Assembly: GCA_050250895.1 (NCBI GenBank)
Contig: JBFWNU010000008.1
Location: forward strand, 96,001-160,000
Source of the DNA: Vulcanimicrobiota bacterium
GTDB taxonomy: Bacteria; Vulcanimicrobiota; Xenobia; Xenobiales; JADMJV01
Direction of reading: 5' to 3'
Length of the DNA stretch: 64,000 nt
The position numbers were made by a program, and so were the translations under genes. Below the pieces are notes generated by a model. It did not search any database. It saw only the letters and a program-made list of their open reading frames with translations, and had not been told where the DNA came from. Positions 53,244 through 62,366 of the stretch are shown in pieces; positions within the stretch are counted from its first letter, which is position 1; the number at the start of each line of letters is the position of its first letter.

Positions 53244-53819
53244 TTGGCTAGAGATCGTCAAGCAATCGAGGCAAGATTTCGTTCGGGAAGTCGGTGGTTT
53301 TTGATCATCGCAGCCCTTTCCGCCCTGGCCAGTCTGGCCTTCTATCAAGGCATCGCCTGGAAGGCTCTGGGCATGGTCAGTCTGGCTACGCCTCTGGTGC
53401 TGGACACGGCTGTCAAGACCATCGGAGGACGCTGGCTCTGGGCCGAAGACCTCCAATACTACTGCCTGCTGCTGAGCCTGGCCCTGGCGGCGGTGTTCTT
53501 GTTGATCGGCGTGCTGACCAGTTACGCCTCGCACACGGGAGCCTTTCTCAAACTCGACCGAGTCTTCGGCATCTTCGCCCGCCTCGGCGGCGCCTTCGGT
53601 ATGGCCCATCTGGTCGGATCGCGCCTGATCTACTTCGTCGGAGTGGTCCTTTACGTGGCCGACGGCCTGTTGGCTTTTTGCCTGGAGTTCTTCCTGCGGA
53701 ATATCTTAACCGACCTCAGGGTGTTAGTGCTTACCAATCTGGGATTCCACTGCTTTGTTCTCGTATTTTTGATGTATGGTCTCGCCTCGGGCTTTGAAAA
53801 AGAGAACAAGCCAGAATAA
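53244..53819 (+). CDS. Hypothetical membrane protein
   Basis: AGGAGG RBS; four to five hydrophobic segments. Confidence 0.65.
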   Translation: MARDRQAIEARFRSGSRWFLIIAALSALASLAFYQGIAWKALGMVSLATPLVLDTAVKTIGGRWLWAEDLQYYCLLLSLALAAVFLLIGVLTSYASHTGAFLKLDRVFGIFARLGGAFGMAHLVGSRLIYFVGVVLYVADGLLAFCLEFFLRNILTDLRVLVLTNLGFHCFVLVFLMYGLASGFEKENKPE

Positions 53820-53859
53820 TCTTCAAAGGACCTGACGCCATAATACCGAACTGGTAGAA

Positions 53860-55833
53860 ATGGACCATGCCAGTCCGTATCCTGTAGACCATTCCACCGA
53901 TAGCGGAGGCGACGGTGCCATCGAGTCGGTGTGGGCCATGCTGCTGGCCGGCTGCGGCGCGGTGCTGGTGGGCGCCGACCTGGGCGGAGCCGTCCAATTG
54001 GTCAGACTCGGGTCGAGCGACCTGGGCTACAAGATGCTCGGGCTCATCTTCGGCGCCAGTCTGTTGGCCGGAGGCATCGGGTTCGGAATAGCTCGCTTCG
54101 TCCTGAAACTAGAAGGCAAGCGCGTGCTGCCACCCGCTTTCATCGCGGCCGGGTTGGTAGGGGGCGCACTTCCGTTTCTCTTTCTCTGGGCGCGGCAGGC
54201 CCTTCGCTACGCCATGGGCCTGGGAGCCGCCGCCGGGGTCGGGGTGTCGGTGCTGGCGCTCAGTGGGCGCGCCATCCGCGATGCTCAGCGCCTGAGGGTG
54301 CAGCAACGGGCTCAAAATCTTACCGAAGATGCCTGGACCGAGCACGCCATGGGCGAGGTCGAGAAGGCCGAAGCACTGCTGGTCGAGGCGCTCAGTCTGT
54401 GCGAGAAGAAGCTCGGTCCTCGCAACCTCTTCACCCTGGTCACCCTCCACTCTCTGGCCAACCTCTATCGCGTCCATCAGCAGTATGACCTGGCCGAGAA
54501 GCACTACGATCGAGCTCTGCCGCTCTATGCCGAGATCGTCAAGAACACGCCTAGCGCCCAGCCGACCTGCGTCTATCACGTGGCTCTCAATCGGTTCGGC
54601 CAGAAGAAGTTTCGCGAGGCCATCGCCACCGCCCGCCAGTCGATCGAGATGCGAGCCGATCGCGGAGTCGGCAATCCGGTCGAAGAGGCCGACTGCTACA
54701 CTCTCATGGCCCGAGCCGAGGTCGAATTAGGCGACGACGAGGCCGCGATTCCGCTCTTCAGCAAGGCTCTCGACCTTCAGAACGAGCGTCTTCCTAACAA
54801 TCACCCCCTTGTATTGGGTTTGCTGGGAGCGCTCTCGGGCTGCTACATGCGTCTCAATCGGTTTCACGAGACCGAGGGCTATCTCGAGCATCTCGTCGAG
54901 CAGATCGAGACGTCGGAACAGCCCGACTACGAGTTGATGGTAGAAGCTCTGCTGGATCTTGGTCGAGTGCGCACGGTGCAGAACAAGGTCGTCGAAGCCA
55001 TGCCGCTCTACCGCCGCGGCCTGCGCTTCTTGCAGCATCAGGTCGGGCCCAACGACCGCCTGCTGCAGAAGATTCTCGAGGGTTTTCAGTCGTTGCTGAA
55101 CCTGCAAAAGGGTGAGGCAGAAGGGGTGATTGACCTGCTGGTCCTATTTCGCGGTGAGCGTGAGCAGATTCGCAAGCTGCTCGAGGAGCGCCCGGGCTGG
55201 GCCGACAGCCGCGACCGAACCGGCTGGGGACCGTTGCAGTGGGCCATCTTCATGGGACGCGAAGACATCGCCAGCTGGCTACTACGCAAAGGAGCCTCGA
55301 CCGAGTTCGACTCGGAAGACGCCCTGGGGCCGTTGCACGTGGCGGCCGCCTGGGGTCGCCGCCAGTCCCTGATGGATTTGCTCTCGGCCGGTTGTGAGGT
55401 CAACGCCCGCGGGCCGGCCGGCTGGACGCCCATCTTCTGGGCTTGCCACATGGGACGAGGACGCATCGTGGACCTGTTGCTCAAGCGCAACGTCGAGGTC
55501 AATCTGCGAGACGACCTGGGCTGGAGCCCGCTCCACGTAGCCGCCGCTGGAGGACACTCCGACTGCGCGGTGGCCTTGCTTTCGGCCAACGCCCGCGTCA
55601 ACGCCAAGGAGAAGACCAAAGGCCAGACGCCGATGCATCTGGCCGCGCTACGCTCGCATATGAAGATGGTCGAGGTTCTGATGCTCAACGGTGGCGACGT
55701 GACCATGCAAGACCAGGACGGCAAGAGCTCCATGGATGTGGCTGGCGAGCGAGGCAATCGTCTCATGGTTCGATTCATGAACAAGTTCTTGACGGGCCGC
55801 GGCAAGTGGGAGGGCACCCCCAACGCAGACTAG
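53860..55833 (+). CDS. Membrane protein with TPR repeats and ankyrin repeats
   Basis: N-terminal TMs; LHSLANLY...AEKHYDRAL TPRs; GWTPIFWA, GWSPLHVAA, GQTPMHLAA ankyrins. Confidence 0.85.
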   Translation: MDHASPYPVDHSTDSGGDGAIESVWAMLLAGCGAVLVGADLGGAVQLVRLGSSDLGYKMLGLIFGASLLAGGIGFGIARFVLKLEGKRVLPPAFIAAGLVGGALPFLFLWARQALRYAMGLGAAAGVGVSVLALSGRAIRDAQRLRVQQRAQNLTEDAWTEHAMGEVEKAEALLVEALSLCEKKLGPRNLFTLVTLHSLANLYRVHQQYDLAEKHYDRALPLYAEIVKNTPSAQPTCVYHVALNRFGQKKFREAIATARQSIEMRADRGVGNPVEEADCYTLMARAEVELGDDEAAIPLFSKALDLQNERLPNNHPLVLGLLGALSGCYMRLNRFHETEGYLEHLVEQIETSEQPDYELMVEALLDLGRVRTVQNKVVEAMPLYRRGLRFLQHQVGPNDRLLQKILEGFQSLLNLQKGEAEGVIDLLVLFRGEREQIRKLLEERPGWADSRDRTGWGPLQWAIFMGREDIASWLLRKGASTEFDSEDALGPLHVAAAWGRRQSLMDLLSAGCEVNARGPAGWTPIFWACHMGRGRIVDLLLKRNVEVNLRDDLGWSPLHVAAAGGHSDCAVALLSANARVNAKEKTKGQTPMHLAALRSHMKMVEVLMLNGGDVTMQDQDGKSSMDVAGERGNRLMVRFMNKFLTGRGKWEGTPNAD

Positions 55834-55883
55834 TTCTTCTTGCCCTAGCAGGGTGGCGGCCGGCGGGCGATAAGTGATCGAAG

Positions 55884-56669
55884 ATGCGGCTCGCAATTTG
55901 CCTTCTGACCTGGTTGCTATTGGCCATCCCGGCGCTGGCCCAGCGCAGCTACGACAACGACGATATCGAGCAGATGAAGTGGCACTATGAAGGTCGGCCC
56001 AAGGCCAGGGCCAGGGCTCACGGCAAGCTGCCTCGTCGTCTGCTCGAGCGCGAGTACGTCGAGCCCAAGCTCAAAGATTGGTTGCTTCCCTACCAGACCT
56101 GGGAGCAGGAATACAGCGCTTATTTCAAGCGGCACTATGGCGACTCACGGCTGACCTTCAAGCCGGAGATGATCGTCATGCACTACACCGTGATTCCCAG
56201 CGCTCGTTCGGTCTGGAACAGTTTTGCTCGCGGAGCCAATATGTCCGCCGGCGATCGGGGCACGGTTTGGGGCCATGTTTCGGTGCAACTGATGATCGAT
56301 ACCGATGGCACCATTTATCGCCTGTTACCCCTCGATCGACGCTGCACGGGCGCCTACGGCGTCAACCACAAGGCTCTCTCTATCGAGATGGTGGCCCGCG
56401 ACGAGAGCGAATTGCTCGGCCGTGACGAGCAGGTCTTCGCGTCCTTTTGCCTGGTGCGCTGGTTGATGGACGAGTACGACATCCCGGCCTCGAAGGTGGT
56501 GGCTCACTATGAAGTCAGCCAGGGCAAGTCGGTAGTGCCGGAATACACCGATTTTGCCGACGCGAGCTGGCCCGACCGCTATCCGCCCGCAAGTGCCAGG
56601 ACCGACCCTGGACCGACCTACATGAAGTGGCTTCGCAGCTATCTTCGCAAGACGGCAACAACCCGTTAA
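55884..56669 (+). CDS. N-acetylmuramoyl-L-alanine amidase (Amidase_2/PGRP family)
   Basis: Signal peptide; IVMHYT, IDTDGTIY.L, SIEM, VVAHYE, DPG. Confidence 0.82.
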   Translation: MRLAICLLTWLLLAIPALAQRSYDNDDIEQMKWHYEGRPKARARAHGKLPRRLLEREYVEPKLKDWLLPYQTWEQEYSAYFKRHYGDSRLTFKPEMIVMHYTVIPSARSVWNSFARGANMSAGDRGTVWGHVSVQLMIDTDGTIYRLLPLDRRCTGAYGVNHKALSIEMVARDESELLGRDEQVFASFCLVRWLMDEYDIPASKVVAHYEVSQGKSVVPEYTDFADASWPDRYPPASARTDPGPTYMKWLRSYLRKTATTR

Positions 56670-56728
56670 CCTGGCGTTCACAGCCTCCCAATAGACTCGC
56701 ACCCGGAACACCCCAACCGGAGGCCACA

Positions 56729-57874
56729 TTGAAAGTCGCCAGCTTTGCTATGCCCATCTCGCGCCGCCCGGCCGCACCCGAGCGGTCTGACGAGCAGCCC
56801 CAGCCCAGGCCGACCAGCCTGGGAGAGACCGTCTACGACTCGGTCGAGACGGTGCTCAACACCTATCGCGCCATGCCGCAGTTTCTCTACCCGAGCGTCT
56901 ACGGTACCGCTGCCGAGCGCAGCCTCATCATGAATACGCTCGACTCCTTGCCCCTCAAGGATGTGGGCTCGACCGTCACCATCACCATGAAAGACACTCT
57001 GGGTTCAGCCAACCTGCTGGGGGTGAATCGTCCGGCCCTGGGCTCGATCGCCATCAACCGCACCGGCTACGGCATGAGCGACCCGGCCGAGGTGGTCGAA
57101 ACCCTGGTGCACGAGCTGGGCCACAGTAAGGATTATCCGGGGCGCATCCCCAGCATTCTCACCGGAGGCCACTCTGGTAGCGGACCCTTCGGCAGCCCTC
57201 CCTATGTTTCTCGTTACGCCGGCACAGCGGCCGCCGAGGACTTTGCCGAGAGCTATGCCACCTATCGCCTGGATCCCGATCGTTTGAGAGAGGTCGCGCC
57301 CGAAAAATACGCCGTTTTCGAGAAGCTCAACCAGAAGAATTTCATCGAGTCGTTTCTCGACCAGCCCGCCTTTCGTGAGACGGGCAAACTGGTGGGCGAG
57401 TCGTTGGGCAAAGTGCCCTATCTGCGCTGGGGGCTATCTTTTGCCAGTCAGATCTCGATGGTCAATCTGGCCGCCAGCGGTGTGCAGGACGTCTTCTCGG
57501 GACATGCCGTGCGGGGAGGTCTGGCGACCGGCGCGGCAGCGGCCCTGGCCTTTAGTCACGCTCATCCGCTGCTGGGTCCGGCCGCGATGACCCTGCTCGG
57601 GGCCCATCGCGGCCTGCAGATGGCCGAGTCACGCGGAGCCGGCGCTGCCGGCCAGGCACTGGCGTCGGTGGGCGCGGGTACCGGCGGACTCGTGGGCGGC
57701 TATGTGGCTCCCCTGGGTCTAACACTGGTGGGTCACTCGCTAGCCGGCCCCGTGGGCGGGGCTGTCGGCCTGGCGGTGGGCGCCCTGGCCGGACAGGCGC
57801 TGGGTACCGAACTGGGAGGTCGGGCCGGCCTGGCTCTGGGAGCCAGCATCGATCAGGCCATGGCCAAAAGCTAG
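56729..57874 (+). CDS. Zinc metallopeptidase-like protein (HExxH) with C-terminal glycine-zipper helices
   Basis: LVHELGH and YVSRYA...EDFAESY; TTG start after GGAGG. Confidence 0.7.
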   Translation: MKVASFAMPISRRPAAPERSDEQPQPRPTSLGETVYDSVETVLNTYRAMPQFLYPSVYGTAAERSLIMNTLDSLPLKDVGSTVTITMKDTLGSANLLGVNRPALGSIAINRTGYGMSDPAEVVETLVHELGHSKDYPGRIPSILTGGHSGSGPFGSPPYVSRYAGTAAAEDFAESYATYRLDPDRLREVAPEKYAVFEKLNQKNFIESFLDQPAFRETGKLVGESLGKVPYLRWGLSFASQISMVNLAASGVQDVFSGHAVRGGLATGAAAALAFSHAHPLLGPAAMTLLGAHRGLQMAESRGAGAAGQALASVGAGTGGLVGGYVAPLGLTLVGHSLAGPVGGAVGLAVGALAGQALGTELGGRAGLALGASIDQAMAKS

Positions 57875-58893
57875 CCGGCCGCGATCACCCGGTTGCGGCC
57901 ACTCTCTTTGGCGCGATAGAGAGCCTCATCAGCCACCTCTACCAGTCGGGCCGGATCGTCGGCTTGCTGAGGATAGCTGGCCACTCCCAGCGAGATGGTC
58001 ACGTCGCCGGGTTGGCCGGCCCGCAGGGGAAAGACGAAGCTCTCGATCGCCCGTCGAAACTCCTCCGCCTTGCGCCGGGCTCGGTCCAGTTTGGTGCGGC
58101 TCAGCACGATCACGAACTCTTCGCCGCCGTAGCGGGCCAAGAATTGACCTCGGCCCAACTGAGACTCGAGCAACCGCGCCGCTTCGATGAGCACCCGGTC
58201 GCCGGCCTGGTGCCCGTGGGTATCGTTGATGCGCTTGAAGAAGTCAATGTCGAGAATGATCAAACTCAGATAGGGCTGGCGCTTCATCCAGGCGGCCAGG
58301 GTGTCCTGAAAATAGCCCCGATTGTAGCAGTTGGTGAGAGGCTCACGCTTGTTCTGCTCGCGCAGTTGCTCGTTGACCTCGCGCAGTTGTCGCGTCTTCT
58401 TCTCGACTAACCGTTCCAGTTTCTGGTTGTGTTCTTGGAGGCGGGCCGCCAGTTTGCGCTCGCGCTCGAGGGCGGTACGAGCCCGGAAACTGATCGTCTC
58501 GACCAGTTCCATTGCCAGCGACGGCTGGTTGTGCAGCAAGTTCTTGAGCTGCATCTTGTTGAGACTGAAAGCTTTGACGCGAGTGACGGCCTGGGCCGAG
58601 GCGGTGCGAGTTACCCCCTGGAACAGAGCGATCTCGCCAATGAAGTCATTGGTTCCGCGCACGGCGATGGCTCGCTTGGAATCCTCGTGATAGATGCGCA
58701 GTTTGCCCGAGAGCAACACATACATCGAGTCACCCTCGTCGCCCTGACGAAAGACCACATCGCGGGGCGAAAACTCGACCACATCCCCGGCTTCGACCAG
58801 GCGCTCGACACACGCTTGGGACAACCCCGAAAAGAGCGGCACGTCGCGTAGTGCCGCCGTCAACCCCTGACTCGTCACAGAACTGCTTTCCAC
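57871..58893 (-). CDS. cNMP-binding-domain diguanylate cyclase
   Basis: VFRQGDEGDSMY...GEIALF...RTASA; coiled coil; DIDFFKRIND, RYGGEEF. Confidence 0.92.
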   Translation of the reverse strand: MESSSVTSQGLTAALRDVPLFSGLSQACVERLVEAGDVVEFSPRDVVFRQGDEGDSMYVLLSGKLRIYHEDSKRAIAVRGTNDFIGEIALFQGVTRTASAQAVTRVKAFSLNKMQLKNLLHNQPSLAMELVETISFRARTALERERKLAARLQEHNQKLERLVEKKTRQLREVNEQLREQNKREPLTNCYNRGYFQDTLAAWMKRQPYLSLIILDIDFFKRINDTHGHQAGDRVLIEAARLLESQLGRGQFLARYGGEEFVIVLSRTKLDRARRKAEEFRRAIESFVFPLRAGQPGDVTISLGVASYPQQADDPARLVEVADEALYRAKESGRNRVIAAG

Positions 58894-58939
58894 CTATGTC
58901 GGGAAGGAACCTTTGCCTACGCTGCGAGAAACGCATGGG

Positions 58940-59896
58940 ATGCGCCGCAATCTCGGTCTGTTCGCTTTGTTGCTGTGGCTTAGCCTGGCTGCTCAAGCCC
59001 GTGACTGGCAGGCGGTCGAGTCGTTTGCCTACCAACTGCAAGGCTGTGATCTCCAACAGCTGGGACGGTCGGATTTTGACCTGCTGGTGATGGACTATTC
59101 CCGGGACGGGCACGCCCAGAATCGCTATCGCGCGCAAGAAGTGGCCTCGTTGCGCCAGGGCAGGCTGGTGCTCGCCTATCTAAGCATCGGTGAGGCCGAG
59201 GAGTATCGCTTCTATTGGAAGCCCGACTTTCGGCCGGGCAATCCGGCCTGGCTGTTGCCTCCCAACCCCAACTGGCCGGATAATTACAAAGTCCGCTACT
59301 GGGACCCCGAGTGGCAGGCCATCATGCTGGCCTATGTCGACCAGATTCTCGAAGCGGGCTTCGACGGACTCTATCTCGATCTGGTCGATTCTTATCAGTA
59401 TTTTCCCGCTCGACCCCAGGCGCGCCAGGAGATGATCGACTTCGTCTCTCGATTGGCCCATCACGCCCGCGCCAGAGGGGGCGAAGATTTTGGCATCTTT
59501 CCCCAGAACGCCGAAGAGTTGCTGGAAGACGCGGCCTATCTCGACCTGATTACCGGCATCGGCAAAGAGAGTACCTATTTTGGCTATCCCACTGACGAAG
59601 TGGCCTCGGACCCGGCGTGGACGGCCGAAGTCGAGCAACGCCTGGATCGGGCCGTCGCCGCCGGCAAACTGGTGCTCAATGTCGACTACACCAGCCGCGT
59701 CGACCAGGCCCGTCAAGCCACCAGGCGGGCCCGCGCCCGCGGCTATCGTGAGTTCATCGCGGTGCGAGAGCTCGACCAGATTCAGCTGGCTCTCAACCCC
59801 GTCCCCGAGACCGGCCCGGTTTGGCTGCTCGCCCTCGGCTTATTCCTCTTGGGGCTGGCCGGCTGGCTGGTCAGCAAGAAGCTGGGCCGCCGTTAG
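58940..59896 (+). CDS. GH114-like (MJ1477/TM1410-type) glycoside hydrolase with a C-terminal anchor
   Basis: Signal peptide; AYLSIGEAEEYR.YW, GFDGLYLD.VD, PQNAEEL; C-terminal VPETG+TM+KK.GRR. Confidence 0.8.
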   Translation: MRRNLGLFALLLWLSLAAQARDWQAVESFAYQLQGCDLQQLGRSDFDLLVMDYSRDGHAQNRYRAQEVASLRQGRLVLAYLSIGEAEEYRFYWKPDFRPGNPAWLLPPNPNWPDNYKVRYWDPEWQAIMLAYVDQILEAGFDGLYLDLVDSYQYFPARPQARQEMIDFVSRLAHHARARGGEDFGIFPQNAEELLEDAAYLDLITGIGKESTYFGYPTDEVASDPAWTAEVEQRLDRAVAAGKLVLNVDYTSRVDQARQATRRARARGYREFIAVRELDQIQLALNPVPETGPVWLLALGLFLLGLAGWLVSKKLGRR

Positions 59897-60665
59897 CCCC
59901 TTCCAACTCGCGAAGCCTTTGCTCGAGGGCGGCTCGCTGTCGCTCGGAATCGGCCAAAGCAGACTCCGCTGCGGCTCGGGCGGACTCGGCCTCGGCTCGG
60001 GCGGACTCGGCCTCGGCTCGGGCCGACTCGGCCTCGGCCAGGGCAGACTCGGACTCGGCTCGGGCCGACTCGGCCTCGGCTCGACCCGACTCTGCTCGAT
60101 CCGCCCGCTCTGATGCTTTGGGCAACAAGGTGTTGGTGGCGGGATCGAGCAGGCGCAGTTGGTCATCGACGACCACCAGTTCAAGGCCTAGCGTCTCGAG
60201 CCGGAAACGGCCGACTACGGGCAGATAGTTCTCGTCCCGAAGCCGATACAACCGCAGCCGCGGCTCGAGATACTCTTCGCGGGGATCAAAGAGCACGTAT
60301 TCTTTCACGCCAAGAAAGGCATAAAGGCCCCTCTTGCTGCCCAGATCCTCAGACCGGGTCGAGGTCGAGGTGAACTCGAAGACGATGTCGGGGGCCTTCC
60401 CTTCGCGCCACACCAGATAGTTTTTGCGTCTGCCGGCCGGGATGCCGAGGGTCACCAGCACATCGGGCGAGACGTGACGATGGCGATCCCCTTCCTGATA
60501 GAAGAGCAACAGGTTGCCCGACACATAGACATCGGGATGCTCACGAAAGTACCACTGGAGCGTCTCGATGAGGTCGACCATCTGGTCGCGGTGCACATCC
60601 GTTTCAGCCATGGGCTGGCCGTCGCTGGTGGGATAGTCGCAGTCTTGCAGGGACATGTCTAACAT
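59871..60665 (-). CDS. Uma2-family putative endonuclease with a coiled-coil tail
   Basis: YPTSDGQPMAET..H, PDV, PDIVFEFTS.ST...D...K..LY..LGV.EY..FDP. Confidence 0.88.
   Translation of the reverse strand: MLDMSLQDCDYPTSDGQPMAETDVHRDQMVDLIETLQWYFREHPDVYVSGNLLLFYQEGDRHRHVSPDVLVTLGIPAGRRKNYLVWREGKAPDIVFEFTSTSTRSEDLGSKRGLYAFLGVKEYVLFDPREEYLEPRLRLYRLRDENYLPVVGRFRLETLGLELVVVDDQLRLLDPATNTLLPKASERADRAESGRAEAESARAESESALAEAESARAEAESARAEAESARAAAESALADSERQRAALEQRLRELEGANGGPASC
59950..60110. repeat. 21-bp coding tandem repeat, (AEAESAR)n
   Basis: GGCTCGGGCGGACTCGGCCTC-like units, about six to seven copies. Confidence 0.85.
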
Positions 60666-61022
60666 GGGTAGTCTCCATCTTCTGGATCGCTGCTCCTCGT
60701 TCCTGGATGGGCCGACGCAGAGCGGCCGCTCGGGAACAGTCTAGCCTCTGGCCGGCGAACGAAGTTCGGGGTAGCGGCGAACCTGGCTTGAAGATTCTGT
60801 GAGACTTTCGGTAAGGGCTACAGACTGCGGGCCATCTCGGCGCTGCTCAAGAGTTGTCGGCTCTCGGACCCTGGTCCCGGGTGTCAGGACTCAACGGTTC
60901 AGCGGTGCAGGCAAGCAGCAGCTCTCGGTTTGTGGCCAAAAGTTCACCAAGAATTAACCTCTTCACGCCCCCGCCTGAGAGAATGTCAGTTTAATTCCGT
61001 CTGGTTTCTGGGGGGCACGAGG

Positions 61023-62333
61023 TTGCCGAGCGAGCGCGACCTACATAAAGACTACAAGACCAAGGCCTTTCTCGAGCTGGCGCGTCGCTCGGTCTCGGGC
61101 AGTTGGGCCTATCTGCTGGTAGTCCTCGCCACCGGCCTGATGACCGACTATCCCAGCCGCTTTCCTCGCCTCTTCGGATTGGTGGCGGCCGCCATGATCG
61201 TGGTGATCGCGGCCCGGCTGTTGCTCTTCAAAGGTCTTAAGACAGGCTTTGCCCACCGCCCTGAAGTGTGGCGGTTTCGCCTGCGAGCGGCCATTCTGGC
61301 CACGCCTCTGGTGTGGGGATTTTTTCTGGCCGCCACCACCCACCTCTATCTGCGCGAGTGGACCTGCGCGCTGGTGGTCATCCTGACCGTGGGAATGGCG
61401 GCGGGAGCCACCACCGCCTTTAGCCCCGACCTGAGCTTGCATCGCAATTTTCAGATGCTCTTGTGGACCCCCACCATCGTGGTGAACGCCCTGGGCCTGG
61501 GCTCGAGCTACGCTCTGGCCGCCCTGGCTCTGCTGTTCACCGGCTACCTGCTGTGGCAGGGCCGAGAGCACTCCCGCCAGTATTGGCGCTCGGTCAAGAC
61601 CCGCCAGCGGCTGGCGCGCCAGACGATGGAGCTAGAGAACCATCAGCGCATCAAAGACGAGTTTTTGGCCGTCATCACTCACGATCTGCGCAACTCCTTG
61701 CAGAGCTTTCTGCTCTTCACCAGCACCCTCAAGCACCGCACCCAAGACCCGGTGGTGCGTGAGATGGGCGAGCATATGCGCGAAACCGGCAGCTATATGA
61801 AAGAGCTGCTCGATGACTTGCACGATCTGGCTCGCCTCGGCATGAAGGCCCTCAAGATGAAGGCCGAGGAGGTCAATCTGGTGGCGGTGGTCGAGCGGGT
61901 GCTGGCTGAGCAGAACGAACCGGCCGGTGAGAGCAGTATTCATCTGCGGCTGTCAAGCCCGGAACGCGAGCTGAGCCTGATGGCCGACGAAGTGCGGCTC
62001 CGCCAGATTCTGGCCAATCTGGTCTCGAATGCCATTAAATACAACCGTCCCGGTGGGTGGGTCGAAGTGCGCACCCGAGCCGAAGGCGAGCAGGTCGTGG
62101 TCGAGGTCGAAGACTCTGGCATCGGCATTCAGCCCGAAGATCACGACCGCGTCTTCGAGCTGTTTAGCCGGGTCGAGGGTGGCACCGTTGAGGGCAGCGG
62201 CCTGGGCCTGGCCATCACCCGACAGCTGGTCGAGCTGCATGAGGGCTCGCTCGAACTCGAGAGTCAGCCGGACAAGGGAAGCGTCTTTCGCGTTCGCCTG
62301 CCCCGCAGCGGTCCGGCCGCTCTAGCTTGCTGA
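61023..62333 (+). CDS. Membrane sensor histidine kinase; start uncertain (ORF is open from 60930)
   Basis: Five to six TMs; H-box FLAVITHDLRN, N-box NLVSNAIKYN, DSGIGI, GSGLGLAI. Confidence 0.9.
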   Translation: MPSERDLHKDYKTKAFLELARRSVSGSWAYLLVVLATGLMTDYPSRFPRLFGLVAAAMIVVIAARLLLFKGLKTGFAHRPEVWRFRLRAAILATPLVWGFFLAATTHLYLREWTCALVVILTVGMAAGATTAFSPDLSLHRNFQMLLWTPTIVVNALGLGSSYALAALALLFTGYLLWQGREHSRQYWRSVKTRQRLARQTMELENHQRIKDEFLAVITHDLRNSLQSFLLFTSTLKHRTQDPVVREMGEHMRETGSYMKELLDDLHDLARLGMKALKMKAEEVNLVAVVERVLAEQNEPAGESSIHLRLSSPERELSLMADEVRLRQILANLVSNAIKYNRPGGWVEVRTRAEGEQVVVEVEDSGIGIQPEDHDRVFELFSRVEGGTVEGSGLGLAITRQLVELHEGSLELESQPDKGSVFRVRLPRSGPAALAC

Positions 62334-62366
62334 AGGAACGCCCGGAGCGCTGACTAAGAGGCAACG

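Noticed and set aside
59871-60665. Uma2 gene as a mobile element or restriction system
   Set aside because: No transposase, methyltransferase or flanking repeats are present; Uma2 genes are common stand-alone paralogues
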